DNA of 64,000 nt from Candidatus Hodarchaeota archaeon (GCA_048886685.1 JBHLKM010000012.1:81676-145675); one strand, 5' to 3'. Counted from the stretch's first letter, positions 1-9,571 are shown. Program-made: numbers and translations. Notes: generated from the sequence alone by a model not told the origin.

Positions 1-2
1 AC

Positions 3-350
3 TTCGCAAACGACAACCACTATGGGATATATTTAGAGTATCGTGATAATAACAATATTACGGGAAACATCGCAAATAGCAACAAGGATGATGGTATAAA
101 TATTTATAGAAGTAATTATAACATTATTACTAAAAATAACGTAAATCGTAATAGCGACGGAATCTATTTGAATCGTTGCAGTAAAAACATCATTACTAAA
201 AATATCGTAAATAATAATACAGTAGGAATATCGTTTTATTCTAGCAGTTATAACACTATTTCAAATAATATTTTAATCGGAAATAATGATTGTTTCACTG
301 AAAATGAGAATTGTTTTGAAAATATTTTTGAAAATAATAATTGTGGGTGA
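3..350 (+). CDS. C-terminal part of a NosD/CASH-type parallel beta-helix repeat protein (5' end lies before the window)
   Basis: Frame 3 is open from the window start: FANDNHYGIYLEYRDNNNITGNIANSNKDDGINIYRSNYNIITKNNVNRNSDGIYLNRCSKNIITKN. Shows the ~22-aa GIyL..s.nN.ItgN repeat. TGA stop at 348-350. Confidence 0.8.
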   Translation, partial: FANDNHYGIYLEYRDNNNITGNIANSNKDDGINIYRSNYNIITKNNVNRNSDGIYLNRCSKNIITKNIVNNNTVGISFYSSSYNTISNNILIGNNDCFTENENCFENIFENNNCG

Positions 351-868
351 ACCTGCCAATATTTTTAAATAGAATGACTGAATTATCAAAGTTTGTTAGA
401 GAGAATGGTGAATTAATAAAAATAAAGAACAAGCAGGTTTTTGGATTCTTCGCTTTATTGATTATTATCCCTTTATGTCTTGTATTGAGTTGTAAATTCA
501 TGTGGGGAGAGGGTACAATTAGGTATTCACAATGGGGATATTTCATAGATTTGGATGATACTGGTAATTTTGATTGTTGTGCGACAAAAATCACATATAG
601 ATATCATATAATTAATCATGAAGATTATCCTGAATATATGCAAGATGGTTTAGAAGTTCATTTTATTGGAGTGCTAAAACCCGATATGTATGGTGATGGC
701 ATGTATTTACTTTACGTTATAGGACCTAATGAGTTTCCCCCTATCTTTTTGGTTTTTTTAGGGTGGGCAGCAATATTCTTAGGGCTTTTCGGAATTCTAT
801 TTTTACTGTATAAAGTGTTGATGATTAAAGATAAAAGAATTTATCTAAAAAGCTCTAAAAGTTCTTAA
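341..868 (+). CDS. hypothetical membrane protein with two TM helices (likely start ATG 374)
   Basis: Hydrophobic stretches VFGFFALLIIIPLCLVL and IFLVFLGWAAIFLGLFGILFLLY flank a soluble loop. Confidence 0.55.
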   Translation: MWVNLPIFLNRMTELSKFVRENGELIKIKNKQVFGFFALLIIIPLCLVLSCKFMWGEGTIRYSQWGYFIDLDDTGNFDCCATKITYRYHIINHEDYPEYMQDGLEVHFIGVLKPDMYGDGMYLLYVIGPNEFPPIFLVFLGWAAIFLGLFGILFLLYKVLMIKDKRIYLKSSKSS

Positions 869-887
869 TGAGTTCTTTCTAATTAAA

Positions 888-1694
888 CTAGGAATCCTTC
901 TTAAAGCTTGAAAGGAATGACAATATTTCTTCAGCCACCTTTTCTGGTTGCTCATAAATCATAAAATGTCCAGCATTTTCAATGTTTACCAATTTTACTC
1001 GTTCTTTATTTTCTCTTTCTAGAATCTGACCATTCTCTGGAACCGCGGTTTGATCATCAAGACCTTGTATAACCAATATTGGTGCTTTTCCACCATTCCA
1101 CCAGTCCATAAGAGGAGTAGCTTGGTTTGCTTTTTGATGAGCCCGAGTTGTTTTTTCTTGCTCTTTCCAATTCTGATTCCTCTTTAATGCTTTAATTATA
1201 ATTTCCTCATTTGTTGAGGGGGAAAAAAACAGAAATTTTAATGCTTCTATTCTCTCCTCTTTACTGCTATTGGGTGATCCTAAAATCCTATAGCGTTTTA
1301 AACATTCAGAATTTGGGGGAACTCGACCACCTGCAGCTAATAAAATCAGGCTTTTGACTAAATCCGGATGATCTTCAGCGAGACATCGAGCTACACGATT
1401 TCCCCATGCCCACCCCAATATATGAACTGGGTTGTTACCAAGTAATTTGATCACTCCTGCTATATCATCAGCTAAATCATGTAATGTAATTTCTTCAAGT
1501 GGACCTTTACTTCCACCAAAACCCCTTCTGTTTATCGCAATTGTTTGATAACCAGCTTTGTTAAGAAATGGAGTAAAATCATTAAATTTTGATGCATCTT
1601 GTCCACCTGCTGCTAATAAAATAATAATATTGCCTGTTCCATTTATAATTGCTTCAATTTGAACATCTCCTAAATCAAATATTTCAGTACTCAT
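888..1694 (-). CDS. alpha/beta-hydrolase fold protein (nucleophile elbow GWAWG)
   Basis: INRRGFGGS, G-W-A-W-G elbow, LVIQGLDD, AGHFMIYEQP. Confidence 0.85.
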   Translation of the reverse strand: MSTEIFDLGDVQIEAIINGTGNIIILLAAGGQDASKFNDFTPFLNKAGYQTIAINRRGFGGSKGPLEEITLHDLADDIAGVIKLLGNNPVHILGWAWGNRVARCLAEDHPDLVKSLILLAAGGRVPPNSECLKRYRILGSPNSSKEERIEALKFLFFSPSTNEEIIIKALKRNQNWKEQEKTTRAHQKANQATPLMDWWNGGKAPILVIQGLDDQTAVPENGQILERENKERVKLVNIENAGHFMIYEQPEKVAEEILSFLSSFKKDS

Positions 1695-1700
1695 ATAAAC

Positions 1701-2465
1701 TCATCTTTTATCCAAATCTAAAAGTATAAATTTACCCGTATCCCATTCCCTTTTTATAAACCTATATGTTTCATTCTCATTACAAAACATTACATACTCT
1801 TTCTGATTCCAGAAGACTTTACCTGTGGGCCCGCCTTTTGGTAAAGTCGCCATCCACCGAGCAGAAGGATAAACAACTGACGGATCTTGCCCAAAGGGAT
1901 TCATCCCTGTTTTAGTGACCCCAGGAATCATACCATTGATTAAAATATCATAATCTATATTTTCAACGGCTGCACTTCTTGTCACTGACCACAGGGCTGC
2001 TTTAGAGGAATTATAGGGGGCCATAGCATTATTTCCAGATTCAGCAGCTCTCGATACAACATTAATTATACGACCAAAATTCTGGGCTCTCATAACCGGA
2101 ATAGCTGCGCGTATACCATAAACAGGACCAAAAAGATTAACACGAATCACTTTTTCATATTCATCATCCTCAAATTCATGAATATTTTTTATTCGTGCAA
2201 TCCCTGCATTGTTAAAAAGGACATCAAGGCGACCAGTTTCATCTACAGCAGTTTTAACCATTGATTTTACTTGAGTAAAGTCAGTTACGTCGATAATTTT
2301 AGTAATTGCACCTTTATCTTCAAGTGGTTTTAATCCTTTATCTTTAATGTCTACAGCTACAACCTTAGCCCCATCTTCAAGAAATCCTAAACTAATAGTG
2401 TGGCCAATGCCACTTGCTGCGCCAGTTATACAAATAGTCATAGAACTTAATTCCAATTGAACCAA
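1701..2465 (-). CDS. short-chain dehydrogenase/reductase (SDR)
   Basis: TGAASGIG, NNAG and YNSSK catalytic motif. Confidence 0.92.
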   Translation of the reverse strand: MVQLELSSMTICITGAASGIGHTISLGFLEDGAKVVAVDIKDKGLKPLEDKGAITKIIDVTDFTQVKSMVKTAVDETGRLDVLFNNAGIARIKNIHEFEDDEYEKVIRVNLFGPVYGIRAAIPVMRAQNFGRIINVVSRAAESGNNAMAPYNSSKAALWSVTRSAAVENIDYDILINGMIPGVTKTGMNPFGQDPSVVYPSARWMATLPKGGPTGKVFWNQKEYVMFCNENETYRFIKREWDTGKFILLDLDKR

Positions 2466-2566
2466 CTCACTCTTAAAAATTATTTTTTGATATAAGATTA
2501 ATAATTTAATAATTTAAGATTAAGAATTATTTAAAAAGTACCTTAATTCTCATATATTTACTCGGT

Positions 2567-3991
2567 TTAAGTCATTTTCCACCGTGGACCATCTTCTGCA
2601 TCTTCAATCTGAATGCCTACGGTTCGTAATTTTTCTCTTATCTCATCGCTTAACTCGTAATTCTTTTCCTTTCTTGCATTTTCTCTTATATTGATTATGA
2701 GTTCCATTAATTCATTTACTTTTGCATCATCAATTCCTTTCTTTTTAGTGAAATCAAGTCCTAAAACCCCAAGTAATTCAAGAAGTGTCTCACTTGCTCT
2801 GTTGAGTATATCCTTTTTATTATCGAGTGATGAGTTAATTTGTCTTATGAATTCATGAATAGCGGCTAATGCTTTTGGTGTATTGAAATCATCATCCATA
2901 GCTTCTTCAAAAGATTGTTTTACCTCTTCTATAGCTTGATTTAGGTTAGTTTTATCTCCACCAGCAGAATCTTTTAGTAAACTTAGACTGTTTTGAATCC
3001 TTTCCACATTCTTCTTTGCATTTTCAATTACATCAGGATTCCAATCAACAGCAGATCTATAATGACCAGATACTAAACCCATACGTACGACTAAACCTCC
3101 ATGCTCATCAATTAATTCTCGAGCAGTTACATAATTTCCTAGGCTTTTGCTCATTTTTTTACCATTTAAAGTTATAAACTCAGCGTGCATCCAATTGCGA
3201 ACAAATTGTTTACCTGTTGCGGCTTCGGCTTGAGCGATTTCATTTGGATGATGGGTTGGAATATGATCAATTCCCCCACCGTGAATATCTATCGTCTCTC
3301 CTAAATATTTCATGGCCATAATAGAACATTCAAGATGCCATCCAGGATATCCTTCACCCCAGGGAGAGTCCCATCTCATTACATGTATTTGATCTCCTTT
3401 TTGTGCATTTAACCACAGTGCAAAGTCAAACGGACTCCTTTTTAATGGATCTTCGTCAACTCTAGCTTTTGCTAATTCTTCATCAAGTTTTAACCTTGAA
3501 AGTTTGGTGTAATCTTTGAATTTAGAAACATCGTAATAAACATTTCCTTCCACTTCATAGGCGTAACCTTTTTCCAAAAGTATCTTAATAAGGTCGATCA
3601 TTTCAGGAATGAGTGAAGTCGCTCGAGGGGAAATATTAGGTCTATTTATATTTAGATCATCAATCACCCGCCAATATTCTTCGATTTGCCTATCTACAAG
3701 TTCCCAAGGATTGATTTTTTCTTCACGTGCTCTTTTTTCAATTTTATCTTCTCCCTGATCTGCATCATCTGTTAAGTGTCCGACATCAGTAAAGTTTTGT
3801 ACGTGAAACACTTTATATCCTTTATAACGTAAATAACGGATAATTACATCCCATGAACTATAGGTCCTAGCATTCCCAATGTGAACGTCATCGTATACGG
3901 TTTGCCCACATGTGTAGATCTTCACATGACCCTCTTCGAGAGGTGTAAAAACTTCTTTCTCTCTTGTCATTGTATTATAGATTTTGAGCAT
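2567..3991 (-). CDS. cysS: cysteinyl-tRNA synthetase
   Basis: YTCGQTVYD, HIGN, PGWHLEC, DIHGGG, KMSKS. Start taken at MLKIYNT (3991). Confidence 0.97.
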   Translation of the reverse strand: MLKIYNTMTREKEVFTPLEEGHVKIYTCGQTVYDDVHIGNARTYSSWDVIIRYLRYKGYKVFHVQNFTDVGHLTDDADQGEDKIEKRAREEKINPWELVDRQIEEYWRVIDDLNINRPNISPRATSLIPEMIDLIKILLEKGYAYEVEGNVYYDVSKFKDYTKLSRLKLDEELAKARVDEDPLKRSPFDFALWLNAQKGDQIHVMRWDSPWGEGYPGWHLECSIMAMKYLGETIDIHGGGIDHIPTHHPNEIAQAEAATGKQFVRNWMHAEFITLNGKKMSKSLGNYVTARELIDEHGGLVVRMGLVSGHYRSAVDWNPDVIENAKKNVERIQNSLSLLKDSAGGDKTNLNQAIEEVKQSFEEAMDDDFNTPKALAAIHEFIRQINSSLDNKKDILNRASETLLELLGVLGLDFTKKKGIDDAKVNELMELIINIRENARKEKNYELSDEIREKLRTVGIQIEDAEDGPRWKMT

Positions 3992-4065
3992 AAGAAAGAA
4001 AAGCATAAAGAAATATAATAATTTTACGGAGATTTAATATAATATTGGTACTGAAAAAAGGGAAT

Positions 4066-6921
4066 TTAGTTTTTTACCTCAATATACACTTCGACCAAAT
4101 TATTATCTATTTTAAATTGCTTAGAATCTACATTGCTTTCAACCTTTTTAAAAATATTATCTGCTTGTATCAGATTTTTAATTTTTTCTTCGTGTGTGTC
4201 AAGTGCTTCCAAGATCTCTTTATCTTTTGTTGTCAGATAAAGATTAATTCTATTTTTTGGTGATAATTTCAATTTTTTTCTATAGTTGTTCAAATGCCTA
4301 ATCAGGTTTCTAGCAATACCTTCTAACCTTAATTTTGATGTGATTTCTGTGTCTAAATCAACTAAAAGTTCCTTTTCTTCTTCGTTTTCAATTATTACAT
4401 TTCTCACATTTATAACTCTGGCGATGACATCTAAATATTCCTTTTTAAGACTTACTCCCTTTAAAATTACTTTTTGTAATATCTGCCTTACAGGAATTTT
4501 AGAATTTTCTCTTAGTTCTAATGATCTCTTTACTATTTCTCTTGCTAGATCCATTTTTTCATGTATCTTAAGATTAATTAATTTTTCATCAAATGAGGGC
4601 CAAGACTCCAAATGGACAGATATTAAATCAACAAGACCTCTTTCTCTTAGTTTTTTGTAGATCATCTCAGAAATAAATGGAGTAAGAGGGGCTAGGAGTT
4701 TTGATAAATTAGAGAGAATATACGAAAGCGTATTCATCGCAGTAAGTTTCTCATTTATGTTTTCACTTTTAAACCGTTCCCTACTGTTTTTAAGGTACCA
4801 TGTAGAGAGATCTTCAACAAAACTAAAGAACAACCTACTTACTTCTGCAGTATCATAATCATCCAAACGTTGAGTAATATCACGGATTAGGACATTGAGT
4901 AAACTAATAATCCACTTATCTAAGATATTCTCTGAAATGGTAAGATCTACGGTTAGATCGTTGATTTCAATCATTGAATAAAATCTTAAAACATTAATTA
5001 ATAGTAAATTAAATCTTCGATAAACTTGCTTGACTATCTCTTCTTTAAAGTTTAAATCCTGTGCTCTCATTAATTGTGAAGATAAAAGATAAATCCTTAA
5101 AGCGTCTGCTCCGTACTTTTCCACGATGAGATTCGGATCGGGGAAGTTTCTCTTTGACTTTGACATTTTAGTTCCGTCCTCTGCGAGGATATTACCATTT
5201 ACAACAACATTTTTAAATGGAATTTCGTCAAATAAAAGTGTTGAAATTACATGCATATAGTAAAACCATGCTCTAACCTGTCCAATATATTCTGAAACAA
5301 AGTCACTAGGAAAATTACTTTTAAACCATTCCACATTTTCAAATGGATAATGTTTTGCAGCATATGGCATCGATCCTGATTCTAACCAACAATCAAATAC
5401 TTCAGGGATTCGATTCATGACTCTTTTACAAGTTGGGCATGTTAGATGTATCTCATCAACTATATGTCTGTGTAAATCCAAATCATTAGGAACCTCTTCA
5501 ACCGCATTCTCTTGTAATTCTTTAACCGAACCAATGACTTTAATTTCGTGACATTCCTCACACACCCAAATTGGCATAGCTGTAGCCCAAAACCGATTTC
5601 TAGAAATACACCAGTCAGGAGCAGTTTCAATTATGCTTTGAAATCTTTTGGAAATTTCTTTGGGATACCAATTAATTTTTTGATTATTTTCCAAGAGTCG
5701 TGGTTTTATTCGCTGAATATCTATAAACCATGCGTCAAGAGCATTATACATTAATGGAGTATCACATCTATAACAAAACGGATAAGAATGTGTGTAAGTT
5801 TCTGAATTGAATAGAAGATTCCTCTGTTTTAAGTCCTCCAAAACTTCTTCATCCAGATTCTTGAACCACATCCCAATCCAATCCTTCGGACCACTTTTTA
5901 ACTCCCCATGTTCATCAATATGTTGAATTAAAGGCAAATTGTACTTTTTTATCATATCATAATCAAATTCACCATAAAGTGCAAGATGGATAATTCCTGT
6001 TCCTTCTTCAGAAAGTACATCATCACCACCATCTATAACAGTATGACCATTTCCATTGGAATCAGTAGCAACTTGATATAAAGGTTCGTATTTTTTATCT
6101 AATAGTTTTTTTCCCTTAAATTCTTCAATTATTTCATATTTATCTTTGATAAGATCTAATTGATTTTTAATTAAAATTAAAAAATCACTGTCAATTTTTA
6201 TTTTAACATAGACTTGTTCACTATTTACAGCTAACGCAACATTTCCTATTAAAGTCCAGGGTGTTGTAGTCCATGCTAGTAGAAATGTGTTTGGTTCTTC
6301 TTTCAACTTAAATTTAGCTGTTACAGATTCTTCAGTAACATCTTTATAGCTGTTATCCATAGAAATTTCGAAATTAGAAAGTGGAGTTTCACACCGTGGA
6401 CAATAGTATAAAACTTTCTTACCCTTATATACAAATCCTTCCATATAGATTTTCTTAAAAATATACCACACAGTTTCCATATATGTATTATCCATAGTCT
6501 TATAGGAATTTTCAAATTCAATCCATTTACCCATTCGGTCAACAGTATTCTTCCATTCATTTGTATACCAGAGTACTTTCGAACGGCAAAATTCATTGAA
6601 TTCTGAGATTCCCATTTCATATATTTCATTCTTCTGTCTTAAATTAAGAGCTTCTTCACATATGCTTTCTATTGGAAGACCATGACAATCCCAACCCCAC
6701 TTTCTCTCACAATGGTACCCTTTCATTGTCCAGTATCTTGGAAATACGTCCTTGGTAACAAAACTTAAGATGTGGCCATAATGAGGTAACCCTGTTGCAA
6801 ATGGGGGACCATCATAAAATATATACGGGTTATTTTCCGGTCTTTGTTCAACACTTTTTTCAAAGATTTTGTTATCCTTCCAAAATTGGATGAGTTCTAT
6901 TTCTTTTTCATTATAAGACAT
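4066..6921 (-). CDS. ileS: isoleucyl-tRNA synthetase (IleRS2, archaeal/eukaryote-like type)
   Basis: DGPPFATGLPHYGH, GWDCHGLPIE, WTTTPWTL, DWCISRNRFW, KMSKS. Start likely ATG 6921 (MSYNEK), preceded by GGAG. The ORF extends to 6954. Confidence 0.97.
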   Translation of the reverse strand: MSYNEKEIELIQFWKDNKIFEKSVEQRPENNPYIFYDGPPFATGLPHYGHILSFVTKDVFPRYWTMKGYHCERKWGWDCHGLPIESICEEALNLRQKNEIYEMGISEFNEFCRSKVLWYTNEWKNTVDRMGKWIEFENSYKTMDNTYMETVWYIFKKIYMEGFVYKGKKVLYYCPRCETPLSNFEISMDNSYKDVTEESVTAKFKLKEEPNTFLLAWTTTPWTLIGNVALAVNSEQVYVKIKIDSDFLILIKNQLDLIKDKYEIIEEFKGKKLLDKKYEPLYQVATDSNGNGHTVIDGGDDVLSEEGTGIIHLALYGEFDYDMIKKYNLPLIQHIDEHGELKSGPKDWIGMWFKNLDEEVLEDLKQRNLLFNSETYTHSYPFCYRCDTPLMYNALDAWFIDIQRIKPRLLENNQKINWYPKEISKRFQSIIETAPDWCISRNRFWATAMPIWVCEECHEIKVIGSVKELQENAVEEVPNDLDLHRHIVDEIHLTCPTCKRVMNRIPEVFDCWLESGSMPYAAKHYPFENVEWFKSNFPSDFVSEYIGQVRAWFYYMHVISTLLFDEIPFKNVVVNGNILAEDGTKMSKSKRNFPDPNLIVEKYGADALRIYLLSSQLMRAQDLNFKEEIVKQVYRRFNLLLINVLRFYSMIEINDLTVDLTISENILDKWIISLLNVLIRDITQRLDDYDTAEVSRLFFSFVEDLSTWYLKNSRERFKSENINEKLTAMNTLSYILSNLSKLLAPLTPFISEMIYKKLRERGLVDLISVHLESWPSFDEKLINLKIHEKMDLAREIVKRSLELRENSKIPVRQILQKVILKGVSLKKEYLDVIARVINVRNVIIENEEEKELLVDLDTEITSKLRLEGIARNLIRHLNNYRKKLKLSPKNRINLYLTTKDKEILEALDTHEEKIKNLIQADNIFKKVESNVDSKQFKIDNNLVEVYIEVKN

Positions 6922-6970
6922 ATTTCTCTCCATATATGTAGTTTTTTGGTGCATTTAACTAATTGGTTTC

Positions 6971-7080
6971 AAAAAAATTAATTATAATATTTGATATTTT
7001 AGGATTTTATTCAAAATTCTCGATTTTCTCTATTTATGAAGCAGGATGTGGAGTAGGAGTCATAAAATTCGCTTCATAAA
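6971..7080 (-). promoter_or_regulatory. putative attenuator region: stem-loop plus downstream oligo-U tract in the ileS leader
   Basis: Perfect 10-bp inverted repeat tttatgaagc (7033-7042) / gcttcataaa (7071-7080), beginning 9 nt after the leader stop. A7 at 6971-6977 gives U7 on the ileS mRNA. Confidence 0.5.
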
Positions 7081-7089
7081 GAAAGGAAT

Positions 7090-7164
7090 TTACCTAATAA
7101 TAATAGCGGATGCGATAGTAATCATATTTAGATTCGATTTCAAGAAATTAGTATTTTTATCCAT
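7090..7164 (-). CDS. putative Ile-rich leader peptide of ileS (MDKNTNFLKSNLNMITIASAIIIR; shorter form from ATG 7125, MITIASAIIIR)
   Basis: Hand translation of the minus strand: ATG GAT AAA AAT ACT AAT TTC TTG AAA TCG AAT CTA AAT ATG ATT ACT ATC GCA TCC GCT ATT ATT ATT AGG TAA. Five Ile in the last 10 sense codons, same strand and directly upstream of ileS. Confidence 0.6.
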   Translation of the reverse strand: MDKNTNFLKSNLNMITIASAIIIR

Positions 7165-7180
7165 TCTTTCCACATCCACG

Positions 7181-7194
7181 TTTATATTATAAAT
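7181..7194 (-). promoter_or_regulatory. candidate TATA box for the leader-ileS transcript
   Basis: TTTATAATATAAA on the minus strand about 20-30 nt upstream of ATG 7164, consistent with a leaderless uORF. AT-rich background limits confidence. Confidence 0.3.
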
Positions 7195-7338
7195 AAGGAA
7201 AATTAATGTTAAAAATGTGATGGTATTTCAATTATGCTTGTTGTAGACCAAAGAATAACATTTATCTTTTTAGCTCAAATATAAAAAATCTGAATTTATC
7301 AAATAGATATTATTGATTTATAATGGAACCGTTAAAAA

Positions 7339-7899
7339 ATGACAGAAAAACCGGAAAAACCACTGAAAAATCTAGTTTTGAAATTAGCTTTATTGGGAGA
7401 TCCTGCTGTCGGTAAGACGTCTCTCATTCATCAATACATCCAACATCATTTTAGGGAAGATTATCAACCAACTTTAGGTGTGAATATTGTTGTTAAGGAA
7501 CTATTAATTGAAGAGGTAAATGTATTTGGTCGATTAGTTTTATGGGATATTGCTGGACAAGACAAATATGATCTTTCTCGAAGAATGTTTTTTCAAGGTT
7601 GTCGGGGTGCTTTACTAGTTTATGACACGACGAGACAATCAACCTACAAAAATATTGAAAAAAAATGGTTGGAAGATTTTCAAAAATATACTGAAAGAGA
7701 ACCCGTTTATGTTCTTATTGGAAACAAAACTGATTTAAAAGACTCTAAAGTGGTGTCCACAGAGGACGGGAGAATTTTAGCTGAGAAAATAAAGGCAAGT
7801 GCTTTTGTTGAAACAAGTGCAAAATATGGGGATAATGTAGAAAATGCTTTTAAAAAATTAGTTAATCAAATTTTAATAAATACAGGAGTAGATATTTAA
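7339..7899 (+). CDS. Rab/Ras-like small GTPase
   Basis: GDPAVGKTS, PTLG, WDIAGQ, NKTD, ETSAK. Confidence 0.95.
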   Translation: MTEKPEKPLKNLVLKLALLGDPAVGKTSLIHQYIQHHFREDYQPTLGVNIVVKELLIEEVNVFGRLVLWDIAGQDKYDLSRRMFFQGCRGALLVYDTTRQSTYKNIEKKWLEDFQKYTEREPVYVLIGNKTDLKDSKVVSTEDGRILAEKIKASAFVETSAKYGDNVENAFKKLVNQILINTGVDI

Positions 7900-7953
7900 A
7901 TTCAAATGAAACTTGATAATTCTTATAATATAATTATCTGATTAGGTTAAAAA

Positions 7954-8382
7954 ATGAAGAGTATTGAATCCAAAATTAAACGTGTGATAATTGGCAAAAT
8001 TGAACCTGATGAAGATCTTATAGAATCAATAATCCAAATGATAAAACTTCACGATATCAAATCGGGTTTAGTTAATTGCATAGGAGCTTTGAAAAAATAC
8101 ACAATAGGATATTTTGATGTCGATTCAAAAAAATATTTGCAGAAGACTTTTGATGAATATATAGAACTAGTTTCATGTATGGGTAATATCTCATTTAAAG
8201 ATGGAGAACCAGTAGTTCACCTTCATATCTCCATTGGAACCAAAGATTATAATATATTTGGGGGTCATCTATTTCAACCAAGTATCATCTCAATTACAGG
8301 GGAGGTATACATTTTCGAAATTGATAAAAAGTTAAATCGAGTTAATGATCCTCAATTAAACTTATCTCTTTTAAATATTTAA
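7954..8382 (+). CDS. PPC/DUF296 domain protein
   Basis: IGAL, ELVSCMGNIS, HLHISIG, GGHL. Confidence 0.9.
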   Translation: MKSIESKIKRVIIGKIEPDEDLIESIIQMIKLHDIKSGLVNCIGALKKYTIGYFDVDSKKYLQKTFDEYIELVSCMGNISFKDGEPVVHLHISIGTKDYNIFGGHLFQPSIISITGEVYIFEIDKKLNRVNDPQLNLSLLNI

Positions 8383-8399
8383 TAAGTGGAGAATATAAA

Positions 8400-8945
8400 A
8401 TGGTAGCAAAAAAGATAAACTTGAAGTTAGCCTTGCTCGGAGATGGTGCAGTAGGTAAGACTTCCTTGATTAACCGTTATACAGAAGAAAGTTTTAAAGA
8501 AAACTATCAGCCAACTTTAGGAGTTAACATAGTGATGAAGAAGTTGAAAATCGAAGAATATGAAATCCAACTTGCAATTTGGGACATTGCTGGTCAAGAT
8601 AAATATGATTTAACCCGAAAGATGTTTTTTGAGGGTTGCGCTGGAAGCCTTCTTGTATACGATATTACTAGAGCTGCTACCTTTGATCGAATTCAATCAA
8701 AATGGCTCAAGGATTTCAAAAATTTTGCACGCCCTGATGGAGTTTATATTTTGCTTGGAAACAAAGTTGATTTAAAAGAATCATGTGCCGTATCTTCAGA
8801 AAAAGGTCATGATTTAGCAGAAGAAATTCAAGCAAGCGATTTTATTGAAACGAGTGCCAAAATTGGTAACAATGTTGAAACCGCCTTTAGGAGATTAGTT
8901 GTTCAAGCGTTAAGCAACATCGGGATTAATATTAAACTCAACTAA
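8400..8945 (+). CDS. Rab/Ras-like small GTPase
   Basis: GDGAVGKTS, WDIAGQ, NKVD, ETSAK. Confidence 0.95.
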   Translation: MVAKKINLKLALLGDGAVGKTSLINRYTEESFKENYQPTLGVNIVMKKLKIEEYEIQLAIWDIAGQDKYDLTRKMFFEGCAGSLLVYDITRAATFDRIQSKWLKDFKNFARPDGVYILLGNKVDLKESCAVSSEKGHDLAEEIQASDFIETSAKIGNNVETAFRRLVVQALSNIGINIKLN

Positions 8946-9007
8946 AATTATGTAGTTTATGGCTATTATTAGAGTTTTAAATAAAATTTTATATAATAAA
9001 AAAACAT

Positions 9008-9571
9008 ATGATTGGAGATTATAAAGGAGAAGTAAAATTTAAAGTTGTTACTGCACTGCTTCAAGCGTATCAAGATATACTTGATTATGATGGAATGAAA
9101 TCCGTTTTGAAAGAAGCAGGAATGCTCCATTTAAAGAATATAAGAGATGAAGATCAAAATCAATTTTTAGATTTTTTCTCATTTAAAAAAATAATAGCTG
9201 CTCAAAATTGTTTATTATATGATTCTTCTATGCTCCTTTTTGAAATTGGGAAGAAATTTTCATTTTATTTATTTCCCTATGGAAAAAAATTCGAGGAAAT
9301 TATCTCAGAAATAAATACAATTATTATTACCGATTGGAAAGTAGAAATTGTAGAAAATTCTCCAGATAATATTGTTATATCGGTTCAAAAGTGTATTTTT
9401 TGCTCTGAAATTGGAGTACCCTGTGATCTCTTTAAAGGATTTCTAGTACATTCCTTAGAAAAGTCATTTCCCTCAGAATATGGAATAACTCATTTTGGAG
9501 AGAAAGAAGACTTAAAGGATCCCAATCATAATACTTTTCTTTTAAAATTAAAAATCGAAAAGAAGTATTAA
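9008..9571 (+). CDS. V4R / Bet3-fold-like domain protein
   Basis: LLFEIGKKF helix and KCIFCSEIGVPCDLFKGFL (CxxC...C..xxG pattern typical of V4R). Confidence 0.6.
   Translation: MIGDYKGEVKFKVVTALLQAYQDILDYDGMKSVLKEAGMLHLKNIRDEDQNQFLDFFSFKKIIAAQNCLLYDSSMLLFEIGKKFSFYLFPYGKKFEEIISEINTIIITDWKVEIVENSPDNIVISVQKCIFCSEIGVPCDLFKGFLVHSLEKSFPSEYGITHFGEKEDLKDPNHNTFLLKLKIEKKY

Noticed and set aside
342-368. Cys-Gly-TGA at the end of the beta-helix gene as selenocysteine readthrough
   Set aside because: Not a redox family, only five further codons before TAA, and no SECIS recognised.
3992-4065. Possible Cys leader upstream of cysS
   Set aside because: The gap is about 70 nt with no Cys-codon uORF.
6955-7338. 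T-box riboswitch upstream of ileS
   Set aside because: No recognisable UGGNACC T-box bulge in a proper context or stem I motifs. T-boxes are bacterial.
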